A stretch of DNA of 39,219 bases from Candidatus Parcubacteria bacterium (lineage in GTDB: Bacteria; Patescibacteriota; Microgenomatia; Levybacterales; UBA12049): assembly GCA_039798685.1 (NCBI GenBank), contig JBDKFM010000002.1, positions 1 through 39,219 on the forward strand. The letters run 5' to 3'. The notes beneath the pieces are model-generated. The model saw only the letters and a list, made by a program, of their open reading frames with translations. It was not told the origin of the DNA and did no database searches. Both the position numbers and the translations under genes were made by a program. Positions 24,292 to 32,760 of the stretch are shown here, one piece after another (within the stretch, counting starts at the first letter, position 1; every line of letters starts with the position of its first letter).

Positions 24292-25294
24292 TTGAGTAGA
24301 GCGATTCGTAATTTAATGACGTTACTACTTTGCCTTTCGCATCTGTGAGAAGTTTCTCTTTCAACATAAACGCAGGATATTTTGTCCACGAATTTTTTTT
24401 CTGAATCCCCCACGCACCACCCGTATCTGCATAGCGTCTGCTCAAATATAACTGACTTTGTCTTACCAAATCAGCGTCTGCAAATGTCCCCTTCGGAACT
24501 GCTTTTAGGAGTAAATTTGCCGACTCGATCGGGTACTCTCGGGCATATTCATACCCTTTTGCAGTAGCCTTCATAAATCGTTTGATACGGTCAGAGCGTG
24601 TGTTGACAGAATCAGGATGCGCGATGATATTCGGCGTTGAGTAATCCGGTATACCGAATGCAGTAATGGGAAAAGCAGTAAGTGATAGTCCCTGCATCTT
24701 CGCAGCAACTCCGTCCCATCCGTCAAAGATCCACACAAAATCTACCTGTCCGCTCTCAAGCGCCTGCATCGCTGAGACAGTAAGAGTGACAGTCTCAAAC
24801 TCTCCCTGTCCACCAGCACTCTGGATAATTTTTCTCACAACTGCCTCCTCAAACGGCGCACCGAAACCTCCGTATATTTTCCCGTCTAAATCAGATGGAC
24901 GCGTGATGCCTGAATCTTCTCTCACAACGAGACTTGAGGTATTGTGTTGGATGATCGATGCAATTGAGACAACAGGGCTACCAAGCGCAGCATCACTCAC
25001 TACTCCCTCTGTCGAACTTATCCCGACATCCGCTTTCTTCGTCGCGACCAATACATCAGAAGAAACTGCCTGACTATATGGAAGTATTGTGACTCGAACA
25101 CCTTCATCTTTATACCATCCCTTCTTTTGTGCAACGTAGATTCCCGTATGATTTGTATTAGGCGTCCAATCAAGGGCAACCGTTACTTCCTGCAATTCTA
25201 CAGGTGTTGAGGTTATTTGCTTCTCTTTGGGATACAGATTAACTCCGAGGATACACAGGAGAACAACAGCACCAAGAATGATTTTTTTCTTCAT
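24269..25294 (-). CDS. thiY: NMT1/THI5-like substrate-binding protein (ThiY-like pyrimidine-precursor binding protein)
   Basis: Signal/TM segment MKKKIILGAVVLLC. VTVALDWTPNTNHTGIYVAQKKGWYKDEGV is typical of the NMT1/THI5/ThiY family. Directly downstream of a TPP riboswitch. Start set to the ATG at 25294. Confidence 0.8.
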   Translation of the reverse strand: MKKKIILGAVVLLCILGVNLYPKEKQITSTPVELQEVTVALDWTPNTNHTGIYVAQKKGWYKDEGVRVTILPYSQAVSSDVLVATKKADVGISSTEGVVSDAALGSPVVSIASIIQHNTSSLVVREDSGITRPSDLDGKIYGGFGAPFEEAVVRKIIQSAGGQGEFETVTLTVSAMQALESGQVDFVWIFDGWDGVAAKMQGLSLTAFPITAFGIPDYSTPNIIAHPDSVNTRSDRIKRFMKATAKGYEYAREYPIESANLLLKAVPKGTFADADLVRQSQLYLSRRYADTGGAWGIQKKNSWTKYPAFMLKEKLLTDAKGKVVTSLNYESLYSNVFLFEK

Positions 25295-25384
25295 ATTCCT
25301 CTCGCCGGCATTACCCGGATCAGGTTCCATGGGTCGTCCGGTTTTCCGAACCTCTCAGCCTGCCATACAAGCTCCCCTCTCAGT
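25295..25384 (-). promoter_or_regulatory. TPP (THI-box) riboswitch
   Basis: Minus strand reads ACUGAGAGGGGAGCUUGUAUGGCAGGCUGAGAGGUUCGGAAAACCGGACGACCCAUGGAACCUGAUCCGGGUAAUGCCGGCGAGAGGAAU, then AUG. Conserved elements GGGGaGC, GCUGAGA, ACCC, AACCUGAUCcGGgUAAUgCCgGCG and AGaGGAA are all present. The P3 stem AGCUUG/CAGGCU and P5 stem CCGG/CCGG can be drawn. I could not identify the P1 helix by eye. Confidence 0.85.
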
Positions 25385-25386
25385 GC

Positions 25387-25395
25387 ATTGTACCA
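25387..25395 (-). promoter_or_regulatory. Extended -10 promoter TGGTACAAT driving the TPP riboswitch / thiYZX operon
   Basis: Minus strand reads gtaTGGTACAATgcacugagagggg, with the riboswitch core starting about 7 nt downstream. The same 9-mer precedes cysS. Confidence 0.5.
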
Positions 25396-25450
25396 TACCA
25401 AATCCGTAAAATTCCTCGCATTTTCTCCGACAAAACCATATAATACCTCT

Positions 25451-25978
25451 ATGTCTTTTATCGCGCGTATTAAAGCCGGAGAAAAAACAGCAATCGTCGA
25501 ATTCTACAAAGCATTTGCACCAAAAATTCAGCTCTATCTCGAACGCCGTCTTCCAAAAGAAATCGCTCATGAAATCCTCAACGACGTCTTCCTCGATGCG
25601 CTCGATGAGATTCCCCTCCTCAAGCATGAACAAAATATTCTCGGATGGCTCTACCGCATCGCCCGCAACAAAACGATCGATTATTACCGCAAGAAAAAAC
25701 TCAAATCCGTCCTTTTCTCACAAGTCCCCTACCTGGAGTTCGCGGCCAAAGAAATGACGCAGCCGGAATTTGTCCTGGAAAAAGAACGCATACGTGAGCG
25801 GATTGAAATTGTAATGAGAAAACTCTCGACAAAATATGCAATTATTTTAAGAATGCATTATGAAGATGGCATGAGAATTAAGGATATTGCACTTTCTCTC
25901 AATCTGACCTCAAAAGCTACAGAGTCTTTGCTCTTTAGAGCAAGACAAAAGTTTATAAAGGAATATTCTTCGCAGTAG
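25451..25978 (+). CDS. ECF-type RNA polymerase sigma-70 family factor
   Basis: Region 2 (LNDVFLDALDEI...GWLYRIARNKTIDYYRKKK) and region 4 HTH (ILRMHYEDGMRIKDIALSLNLTSKATESLLFRARQKF). Trimmed from 25217 to the ATG at 25451, which is preceded by TATAAT (25439-25444) and a 6-nt spacer. Confidence 0.85.
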   Translation: MSFIARIKAGEKTAIVEFYKAFAPKIQLYLERRLPKEIAHEILNDVFLDALDEIPLLKHEQNILGWLYRIARNKTIDYYRKKKLKSVLFSQVPYLEFAAKEMTQPEFVLEKERIRERIEIVMRKLSTKYAIILRMHYEDGMRIKDIALSLNLTSKATESLLFRARQKFIKEYSSQ

Positions 25979-26150
25979 ACCACAAGTGCCTGGGTCCGCC
26001 TGCATCATTATGCGAAGCATTACGGGCAGGCGAGAATGAAATTCATCAAAGAATACGATATATCATAATAGATGTCATTGTGAACAAAGCGAAGTAGTCT
26101 CTTAAAGTAAGATTGCCACATCGCTCTCGCACCACGAAAAGACAGACATT

Positions 26151-26393
26151 ATGGACGAACGGAAATTCTTAGAACTACTTGAGAAACGCGCAGATGAGCA
26201 GGAGCGTCTCATCAAACAGATTCCACTGCAGCGTGTCTTTTTGACCTCAAGCCTCTGGCTTGGATCGCATCCCTGGCGGTTTCTCATCCCACTTGCACTC
26301 CTCCTTACAATGCTTTTCCGAACAATTCTCGGATACCGCTACTACGAACTGATACTGAAGATATTCGGCGGATTTGGATTTATCTTAAAATGA
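26151..26393 (+). CDS. Small membrane protein (80 aa), possible anti-sigma-like partner
   Basis: Charged N-terminus followed by 2 TM helices. Downstream of the ECF sigma gene. Its stop overlaps the next start (ATGA). Confidence 0.5.
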   Translation: MDERKFLELLEKRADEQERLIKQIPLQRVFLTSSLWLGSHPWRFLIPLALLLTMLFRTILGYRYYELILKIFGGFGFILK

Positions 26394-26707
26394 AAAAGCC
26401 TGTACTCTACATCTTTATCGGCTACGTCTGGAGCAAAACGCTTCTCGGACTTGTGATCCACCCATATAAATCAGTCAGGGAAATGACAAGGCAAAAAGTA
26501 CTTGTTCCTGTCGTGTTCTCACCACTCATCGGTCTGTCTATTCTGTTTGTACTCGGCCGTATGGGGTCATTTGTTTTCGAGGTCGAGGGATTTAGAAGAA
26601 CCGTTCTCGCCGTTACTCTCTCAACCGGACTTATCGCAATACTACTCTGGCAGGCATTCCTCCTCTACCTTCTTCTTAGCTTTTATCTCGGTATGAAAAA
26701 TAGATAA
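26390..26707 (+). CDS. Small membrane protein (105 aa, 3 predicted TM helices)
   Basis: ATGA start/stop overlap with the upstream ORF. Hydrophobic helices throughout. Confidence 0.5.
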   Translation: MKKPVLYIFIGYVWSKTLLGLVIHPYKSVREMTRQKVLVPVVFSPLIGLSILFVLGRMGSFVFEVEGFRRTVLAVTLSTGLIAILLWQAFLLYLLLSFYLGMKNR

Positions 26708-26746
26708 TCCCTTGTCTACAGGATAAACTTCTACTATACTTCCGGG

Positions 26747-27220
26747 ATGAGAAATTCTGAAACTACAGAACAACGCTTTTCACGAAGAGCTCTCCTCACG
26801 GGAGGAGTGCTTACTGAGAAAGAAAAAGTTATCCTCGTATCTCCGATTCCTCTATATGCGACAATTTACCGTTCAGAAGATGTTGATCGGATTGATCTTC
26901 TCTCGCTTCAGGGACAACAAAAAACGATAAGAAAAAGTGGCGCAATTGGTGCGAAACTTGGTGCAGCGATCGGAGCTTTATGTGTAGTAGGTACCGAAGA
27001 AACACCCAGACGGAAATTTATTAAAAAAGTAATCAATGGAGCTTGTGAAGGGTCAGCGACTGGTCTTATATTCGGATCTAGTATAGCGCCACTTATGGGT
27101 GCAACCGGACTCGTAGATGTACACATCGTGCAGCCATTACTCAAAGGCATATCATCTCAAGAAGCATTGGAAAATTTACAGATTGAGAAAAAAGAAGCAG
27201 AGATGCAGAGAAATACGTAA
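26747..27220 (+). CDS. Hypothetical protein with glycine-zipper-like segments
   Basis: GAIGAKLGAAIGALCVVG and GSATGLIFGSSIAPLMGATGL are glycine-zipper-like. TATACT (26735-26740) lies 6 nt upstream of the ATG. Confidence 0.55.
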   Translation: MRNSETTEQRFSRRALLTGGVLTEKEKVILVSPIPLYATIYRSEDVDRIDLLSLQGQQKTIRKSGAIGAKLGAAIGALCVVGTEETPRRKFIKKVINGACEGSATGLIFGSSIAPLMGATGLVDVHIVQPLLKGISSQEALENLQIEKKEAEMQRNT

Positions 27221-27353
27221 GTATTCATAAAAGAAATACTCTAAAACCTGCACTCTCCTAGACGTCAAATACTATACACATATTTTGTACCCAAAAAAAT
27301 AGAATAAGTGACTATTGAGGAGAAATTTTAATCCGCAGAAATCCTTGAAGAGA

Positions 27354-28775
27354 TTATTTTTTGACTCTTTTTATATGTGTACCCTTTTCAGAATCATTGA
27401 GTTCGTACCCAAGACGCAATATCTTATCCCGTAGCTGATCAGCCGCCTTATACTCCTGATCGTTCCGCAAACGCTTTCTCTCATTGACCAATGCCCTGAT
27501 ATCATCAGGAACATCAAGCGCTTCCTCACGACTTCTGAGCACTTGTGCATTTTTGAGATCCAAACCGAGCACTTTATCAAACTTTAACAGCGCTTTCTTC
27601 TTCGCAGAATCAGAGAGATCTGATTTCACCATCTCCCACATCACGGCTGTTGCCTCCGGATAGTTCAGGTCGTCGTTTATCGCCGCCAGAAACCGTTGTT
27701 CGAAAGATTTTGCCCCACCGGTTCCTGTCATACCCTCTTCCTCTTCAAAACGGATAACAATTTCACGTAATTTATTAAGCGCATTCTGCGCCGCCTGCAA
27801 CGCGACAAGTGTAAAGTTCATCTCCTGTCTGTAATGCGCCTGCATGTAGAGATACCGAAGAGCAAGAGGATCATATCCCTCTTTCTCCAGATCATAGAGT
27901 TTATAATTATTGCCTTTACTTTTACTCATCCGCTCACCCTGCACGAGAATAAACGCTCCGTGTACCCAAAAATTCGCAAATTTCTGCCCGGTTGCCGCCT
28001 CGGACTGTGCAATTTCATTGGGGTGATGTGTCTCCCGCAGATCGATTCCTCCCACATGTATATCAAACGACGAGCCGAGATACTTCATCGCCATCGCAGA
28101 ACACTCTATATGCCAACCGGGAAATCCGACTCCCCATGGACTCTTCCACTCCATCTGCCTCTTCACTCCGTGAGGCGTAAACTTCCAAAGTGCAAAATCT
28201 CTGGGATTTCTCTTCTCCGCATTGACCTCAACACGGGCACCTTCTTTGATTTGATCGAGATTTGAGAGCGCTCCGTAATCAGCAAGCATCGTTGTATCAA
28301 AATAAATCCCGTCACTTGTCTGATAGGTAAACCCTTTGGCATCAAGCGTTTTTATGAGATCGATCTGTTCTTGTATGTGATCCGTCGCCTTTACCAGATG
28401 TGTTGGTGGTGTGAGATTGAGCGCGCCGTAATCTTTCAAAAATGCATCTGTATAAAATGCAGCAATCTCCCATGCTGATTTACCTTCTTTTTCGGCTGAT
28501 TTTTCCATCCTGTCATCACCTGTATCCGCGTCGCCGAGGTTATCACCCGTCAAATGCCCGACATCAGTGATATTCATCACAGAATCAACTTCATAGCCGT
28601 TGTACTGCAAGGTCCGAAGAAGAAGATCAGATGTCGTATAAGTACGGAAATTGCCGATATGCGCAAAATCATAGACTGTCGGACCACACGTATACATCCC
28701 GACATTGAGACTACCTTCTCGAATGGGTTTAAAATCCTCGATTTTTCTTGTGAGTGAGTTATAAAGTCTGAGCAT
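27354..28775 (-). CDS. cysS: Cysteine--tRNA ligase
   Basis: MLRLYNSLTRK..., CGPTVYDFAHIGNFR (HIGH), KMSKSKGN (KMSKS). The track start at 28796 is TTG. The ATG at 28775 sits 6 nt after TGGTACAAT. Confidence 0.93.
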   Translation of the reverse strand: MLRLYNSLTRKIEDFKPIREGSLNVGMYTCGPTVYDFAHIGNFRTYTTSDLLLRTLQYNGYEVDSVMNITDVGHLTGDNLGDADTGDDRMEKSAEKEGKSAWEIAAFYTDAFLKDYGALNLTPPTHLVKATDHIQEQIDLIKTLDAKGFTYQTSDGIYFDTTMLADYGALSNLDQIKEGARVEVNAEKRNPRDFALWKFTPHGVKRQMEWKSPWGVGFPGWHIECSAMAMKYLGSSFDIHVGGIDLRETHHPNEIAQSEAATGQKFANFWVHGAFILVQGERMSKSKGNNYKLYDLEKEGYDPLALRYLYMQAHYRQEMNFTLVALQAAQNALNKLREIVIRFEEEEGMTGTGGAKSFEQRFLAAINDDLNYPEATAVMWEMVKSDLSDSAKKKALLKFDKVLGLDLKNAQVLRSREEALDVPDDIRALVNERKRLRNDQEYKAADQLRDKILRLGYELNDSEKGTHIKRVKK

Positions 28776-28781
28776 GTATGG

Positions 28782-28790
28782 ATTGTACCA
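28782..28790 (-). promoter_or_regulatory. Extended -10 promoter TGGTACAAT, 6 nt upstream of the cysS ATG (leaderless arrangement)
   Basis: Minus strand reads gctaTGGTACAATccatacATG. Confidence 0.55.
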
Positions 28791-28867
28791 TAGCAAAAAT
28801 CATTAAGATAGCCTCAGGTTCAGACCTATAGTTGATATGTTTCATGAAAATAAATATAATAGTCACC

Positions 28868-30007
28868 ATGAAATTAACCGAGGTACGTCACCCATCATAT
28901 GAGTACAAACCATCAGCACTCGTCTCTACTCCACCAGTGCTAGATATAGAGAGAGCAAAGTCAGCTCAAAAAGATGCTGAACTCTACTCTGTCGACAGTT
29001 TTTATCCTCACGAGCACCCTTCATTAGTGCTTGCAACGTCACTCATTTTTTATCATCACAACCTGAACAGGGATACGATCAAAGGAACGCCTCAGGAACA
29101 GGATATCGTCAGGCTAAGAACGCGAGAACTTGCTGCTGCAGAAACAACTGCTTTCCTTCCAACAATTGGTATCGAGATTGAGGCAGACCTTGAACCATAC
29201 CGCATGCAAACTGAGATTGCGAATCTCCAATATGAAGTTTTTTTTAGGACGCTGAGAATGCCCTCAAATCACGCAAGCAGTGTCAATGATTATTGGGAAT
29301 TCTCACCACCACCATCGTACTCAGCTTTTACCACTTCAAGAATTGCCTATGAACTCTTAAGAGGAAGATACATACCTTCACTTGCGACAAATAGACAACG
29401 GTTTACAAAGGGAATTAAATATACACTAAGTAACAAAGACCAAAAACGCATTACCACCAACCTCTCACAATATCTCCGCTCAGCACATATCAATTTCGGA
29501 GTACCGTCTGAGACAATGCTTTTTTCCCACGATACCAATGAACTAAAACAGGACATAACAACTCTTTCTGCATCACTCGCACTCGCATACACAAGTCAGC
29601 GCAGACTGACGAATCGCGTAAATCTGAATCTTCTTGCAGAGATACACAACGATGCCCAACCAACCGCAAAAAAACCAACGTTTGATAGGCTGGAGCTACT
29701 TCCTTTTGAGATCGGAGCTGCTTCAAGTTTAGAGCTTTTCATCAACTCGCAGTACTTAGCAGCAGCATTGTTTGCCTATCATTCCGAACAGAGGGACACA
29801 GCACTCGCGAGGTGCTGGCAACAATTCTCTGAGTTTACATCTGCATTAGTTCCCTCATTACCTTTAGAGACTGAAAAAGTACAGAAACTTGATACCACGC
29901 TTGGGAAAGATAACGAACTTCGTGAAAAGCTAAGGACATTAGTGAAAATCTACTCCCGTCATGCAATGAGTATCGCCGATCAGCTGAGTAACGAGACAAT
30001 TGTATAA
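28868..30007 (+). CDS. Hypothetical protein with glutamine-synthetase/amidoligase-like motif triad (tentative)
   Basis: PTIGIEIEA (GxExE strand), DYWEFSPPPS (E-x-x-S-P-P) and SAHINFGVP (HxH-like) occur in the order and approximate spacing seen in GCS2/Amidoligase_2-type carboxylate-amine ligases. Start set to the ATG at 28868, 7 nt after TATAAT (28855-28860). The track start at 28832 is TTG. Confidence 0.55.
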   Translation: MKLTEVRHPSYEYKPSALVSTPPVLDIERAKSAQKDAELYSVDSFYPHEHPSLVLATSLIFYHHNLNRDTIKGTPQEQDIVRLRTRELAAAETTAFLPTIGIEIEADLEPYRMQTEIANLQYEVFFRTLRMPSNHASSVNDYWEFSPPPSYSAFTTSRIAYELLRGRYIPSLATNRQRFTKGIKYTLSNKDQKRITTNLSQYLRSAHINFGVPSETMLFSHDTNELKQDITTLSASLALAYTSQRRLTNRVNLNLLAEIHNDAQPTAKKPTFDRLELLPFEIGAASSLELFINSQYLAAALFAYHSEQRDTALARCWQQFSEFTSALVPSLPLETEKVQKLDTTLGKDNELREKLRTLVKIYSRHAMSIADQLSNETIV

Positions 30008-30027
30008 CCTCAGAGGTTCTCAGTTTA

Positions 30028-30915
30028 TCAGGTTGCTTGACTTATAATACTCAGAACCGATGATCTCATCTCCTGGTCAAATATCTCTTTTCGTGTCGCT
30101 ACACGCGAACCAAACGTATTATGTGACCTCAGCAAAGCAAGCTTCTGACCTTGTGGTATTACTACTCGCTCCTGTTGATTTTGCGGCTGAGGATTCCAGA
30201 ACTTCACTGATTCATATGCAAGATAATAGTTTCCCGGAACAACAACTCCATTTTTTGTACGGAACGCATTGACACTATATGATGAATTTACACCAACTGT
30301 TTTACTTAGTAGTCCAACGCCGTCATAGCTCGTACTCCCAGCCTGAATGGCTTGCACAAACCGGTCTTCAGCAAGTATACAACTCCCTTCCTCTTGCACC
30401 CACTGAAAAAGCCTCGTCTCATATGAGGCAACCGGCAACTCACTCACTCTACCCCTCAGATCATCAGACATCACATCAATCGGGAATTCTGCGAGCATCG
30501 TTCCCAGAACAAATGCATAATTACTCTGCTCATGAGGATTTTGAGTGTAACGATCAAACATCACCGTCAGCATATGCATCACAGCATCATTTGAAGTTGC
30601 CTCCTTTACACTCTGCGCGGGCATCTTATCAGTACGAAATAATGACGAGCACAATTTTTCAAAAAGTGCATGCGTCGAAGGAAATGATGTAAATATATCT
30701 GAAACTACGAACGGTAAAAACGGATCGCCATCAGTGTAGAAAAAACTTTCAGCAACTTCTCTCGTGTGATCCGCTTGATCATGTGGGAGATTGTGCACTA
30801 AAGACTCTATATAAGTGTCAACGGATCGCATTCCGCGATTTAACTCATACCTCCTCGCTTGCCCGGAGTGCATGCTCTCAGAATATCTTCCCAGTTCACC
30901 TATAAAAACTCCCAT
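30028..30915 (-). CDS. Hypothetical protein (295 aa)
   Basis: Has a canonical promoter and a GGAGG upstream. Convergent with the amidoligase-like gene (20-nt gap). No recognisable motif. Confidence 0.6.
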   Translation of the reverse strand: MGVFIGELGRYSESMHSGQARRYELNRGMRSVDTYIESLVHNLPHDQADHTREVAESFFYTDGDPFLPFVVSDIFTSFPSTHALFEKLCSSLFRTDKMPAQSVKEATSNDAVMHMLTVMFDRYTQNPHEQSNYAFVLGTMLAEFPIDVMSDDLRGRVSELPVASYETRLFQWVQEEGSCILAEDRFVQAIQAGSTSYDGVGLLSKTVGVNSSYSVNAFRTKNGVVVPGNYYLAYESVKFWNPQPQNQQERVVIPQGQKLALLRSHNTFGSRVATRKEIFDQEMRSSVLSIISQAT

Positions 30916-30934
30916 ATTCCTCCATGAACAAATG

Positions 30935-30963
30935 AGTATAGGGGGCGATATCTAAAAAGTCAA
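30935..30963 (-). promoter_or_regulatory. Sigma-70-type promoter TTGACT-17-TATACT, 19 nt upstream of the ATG at 30915
   Basis: Minus strand reads caTTGACTttttagatatcgcccccTATACTcatttgttcatGGAGGaatATG. Confidence 0.55.
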
Positions 30964-30986
30964 TGTTATAGGACTAAATACTCAAC

Positions 30987-31511
30987 TTATCCTGAAGCCC
31001 CGGGGAATTTTTCTGTCTTCTGCTGCGCCTGCTTCAGCGCGATATCATCATCCTGTTTTTTCTTCTGCTCTTCTTCTTGCAAATCCTGCATTTTTTCCTG
31101 TTCCTCAACCTTTTTCTCCTGCTCCTCTTCCTCCTCAGCAGGTTTTCGCTCTGTCAACGGAATATAATATTCCTCCTGATGCAACTTCTGACGAAGCGCC
31201 TCAAGCTTCACTGCTTCCTCTGGAGTTTTTCCGTCTTTTATCTGATCCTTCACAAACTGACTCGGTTCTTTCACGTCTCCTTCTGCTTGCTGTGGGGAAA
31301 GTCCATGTGCTTCGTTTGGATTTGAAGGCGCATAAAAAGAATTGACCACTTCCTCAGTCTGCTGATCAGCTTGCACTGCCCCCTGCTGTCCAGACGGCTG
31401 CGTATTCCCTACCTGTCCCGCAACTGCTTTGGCACTCGTTTTGACCTGCTGAGCAAATCCCTTTTCAAGATTCTCAAGTCCCTCATCAAATGCTTTTTTT
31501 ATATTTACCAT
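30987..31511 (-). CDS. Acidic low-complexity (Glu/Gln/Lys-rich) hypothetical protein
   Basis: 174-aa ORF starting 4 nt after the sufT-like stop. The C-terminal half is EEEEQEKKVEEQEKMQDLQEEEQKKKQDDD. Confidence 0.55.
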   Translation of the reverse strand: MVNIKKAFDEGLENLEKGFAQQVKTSAKAVAGQVGNTQPSGQQGAVQADQQTEEVVNSFYAPSNPNEAHGLSPQQAEGDVKEPSQFVKDQIKDGKTPEEAVKLEALRQKLHQEEYYIPLTERKPAEEEEEQEKKVEEQEKMQDLQEEEQKKKQDDDIALKQAQQKTEKFPGASG

Positions 31512-31515
31512 ATCT

Positions 31516-31824
31516 TTATCGTATAATACCCATCAACTCTTTTGCATCATCTGTCATGTTGTCTGGATTCCATGCCGGCTCCCATACGAGATTGATTCTC
31601 GCCTCCTTGACTCCTTCTATCTTTTTTACCGCTACCGGGATCCACTCTTCAAACACAAATGACAGCGGACATCCGGGAGTCGTGAGAGTCATGGTAACTT
31701 CTACTTCCCCCTTGTCCTGATCGATAGCAATATCATAAATAAGTCCGAGATCAACAATATTGACGTTGAGCTCAGGGTCCAGAACTGTCTTCAATTGCTC
31801 AGTGACCTGTTCCTTTGTGATCAT
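31516..31824 (-). CDS. sufT: Fe-S cluster assembly protein SufT-like (DUF59/MIP18 family)
   Basis: VTEQLKTVLDPELNVNIVDLGLIYDI...VTMTLTTPGCPL is the DUF59 signature. Start moved to the ATG at 31824, 8 nt after TGGTAGGAT. The alternative start is 31842. Confidence 0.85.
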   Translation of the reverse strand: MITKEQVTEQLKTVLDPELNVNIVDLGLIYDIAIDQDKGEVEVTMTLTTPGCPLSFVFEEWIPVAVKKIEGVKEARINLVWEPAWNPDNMTDDAKELMGIIR

Positions 31825-31832
31825 AGGATACA

Positions 31833-31841
31833 ATCCTACCA
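31833..31841 (-). promoter_or_regulatory. Extended -10 promoter TGGTAGGAT, 8 nt upstream of the ATG at 31824
   Basis: Minus strand reads aTGGTAGGATtgtatcctATG. Confidence 0.4.
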
Positions 31842-31857
31842 TATCCTCTGAGACTTC

Positions 31858-31866
31858 TGCTATAAT
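31858..31866 (+). promoter_or_regulatory. Extended -10 promoter TGCTATAAT, 8 nt upstream of the ATG at 31875 (leaderless arrangement)
   Basis: Read directly: tcTGCTATAATcccaagctATG. Nearly identical to the element at 16258-16273. Confidence 0.55.
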
Positions 31867-31874
31867 CCCAAGCT

Positions 31875-32750
31875 ATGGGACCAAGATCAGAACGAATACT
31901 TGCGCTAGAAGCCCCCGGATATCCGGTAAAACCGATGCAAGAATCAATTGCTCCTGCAGATATCCTTCGACGAAGAGCGCAGCTTCCCCACGAAAAACAA
32001 CAACTCGATCAAATCCAAGATGCATTGATCGATACAACCGGCAGGGTGCTTCAGGATGAACTAGTCCAACAATTTGGATTTGATAGAATGCGCTGGCAGC
32101 TTCTCGTGCAACACAATGCACTGAGCGCCTTCTATCTGGGTAGTACTACTGAAACTGGGAAAAACATCAGCCTCGATGAAGCAGAAGGTGTTGTGGAAAT
32201 CCGAACAAGTGTCTGGGGAAATTATGGAGAAAACGGTCGAGCGACAACAAGTCCCGAAGTCAGGATCGGCGGTGTCGCTGAAGATTCTTCAGGACAAAAC
32301 AGAGCAATAGGACTACTTTATCAAGAAGGAAAACTTTCCGGAATCGGCATCTCCTTCTCAGATACAGAAATTCTTCCCCCAAATCAGTTTCCATATGATG
32401 ACGATCTTCGCTGGGAATACGAAAGATTTACTCATGCTATGCCAAGCAATATAGGAGATATGACTTTTTCACATGAAACACCTGGACACATCACTGCTGA
32501 GATGAAACGCAAGACAAGCGACCATAATCGATTACTGGATATCGGAACGAATCCTCAAGATCGTACACCCGTTTTATTTCATCTTTACCCAAATCATGGA
32601 TTGTGGATCAATACAGGCTTAGAATATAAATGGATAGAGTTCGATGCAACCAAAAGAACGAGCAGAGGAAATGCTATTTTTAAAGAAACACATCCTTTTC
32701 CAGAGATCTCTCGATGGAGTATTAGTATACCTCGAGCACTTGAAAAATAA
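31875..32750 (+). CDS. Hypothetical protein (291 aa)
   Basis: ORF directly behind the extended -10 element. No recognisable motif. Confidence 0.6.
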   Translation: MGPRSERILALEAPGYPVKPMQESIAPADILRRRAQLPHEKQQLDQIQDALIDTTGRVLQDELVQQFGFDRMRWQLLVQHNALSAFYLGSTTETGKNISLDEAEGVVEIRTSVWGNYGENGRATTSPEVRIGGVAEDSSGQNRAIGLLYQEGKLSGIGISFSDTEILPPNQFPYDDDLRWEYERFTHAMPSNIGDMTFSHETPGHITAEMKRKTSDHNRLLDIGTNPQDRTPVLFHLYPNHGLWINTGLEYKWIEFDATKRTSRGNAIFKETHPFPEISRWSISIPRALEK

Positions 32751-32760
32751 ACTAACTATT

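Noticed and set aside
25979-26150. Longest spacers (25979-26150, 27221-27353, 21911-22040) examined for tRNA or other RNA genes
   Set aside because: No T-loop (GGTTCGAAT-like) or D-loop signatures and no cloverleaf could be drawn. Only the GC-rich hairpin reported above was found.
26747-26830. Twin-arginine-like motif SRRALLTGG at the N-terminus of the glycine-zipper protein, suggesting a Tat signal
   Set aside because: The hydrophobic stretch after RR is only about 8 residues (ALLTGGVL) and is followed by the charged TEKEK. No signal-peptidase site is visible. It is too short to be a credible Tat signal peptide.
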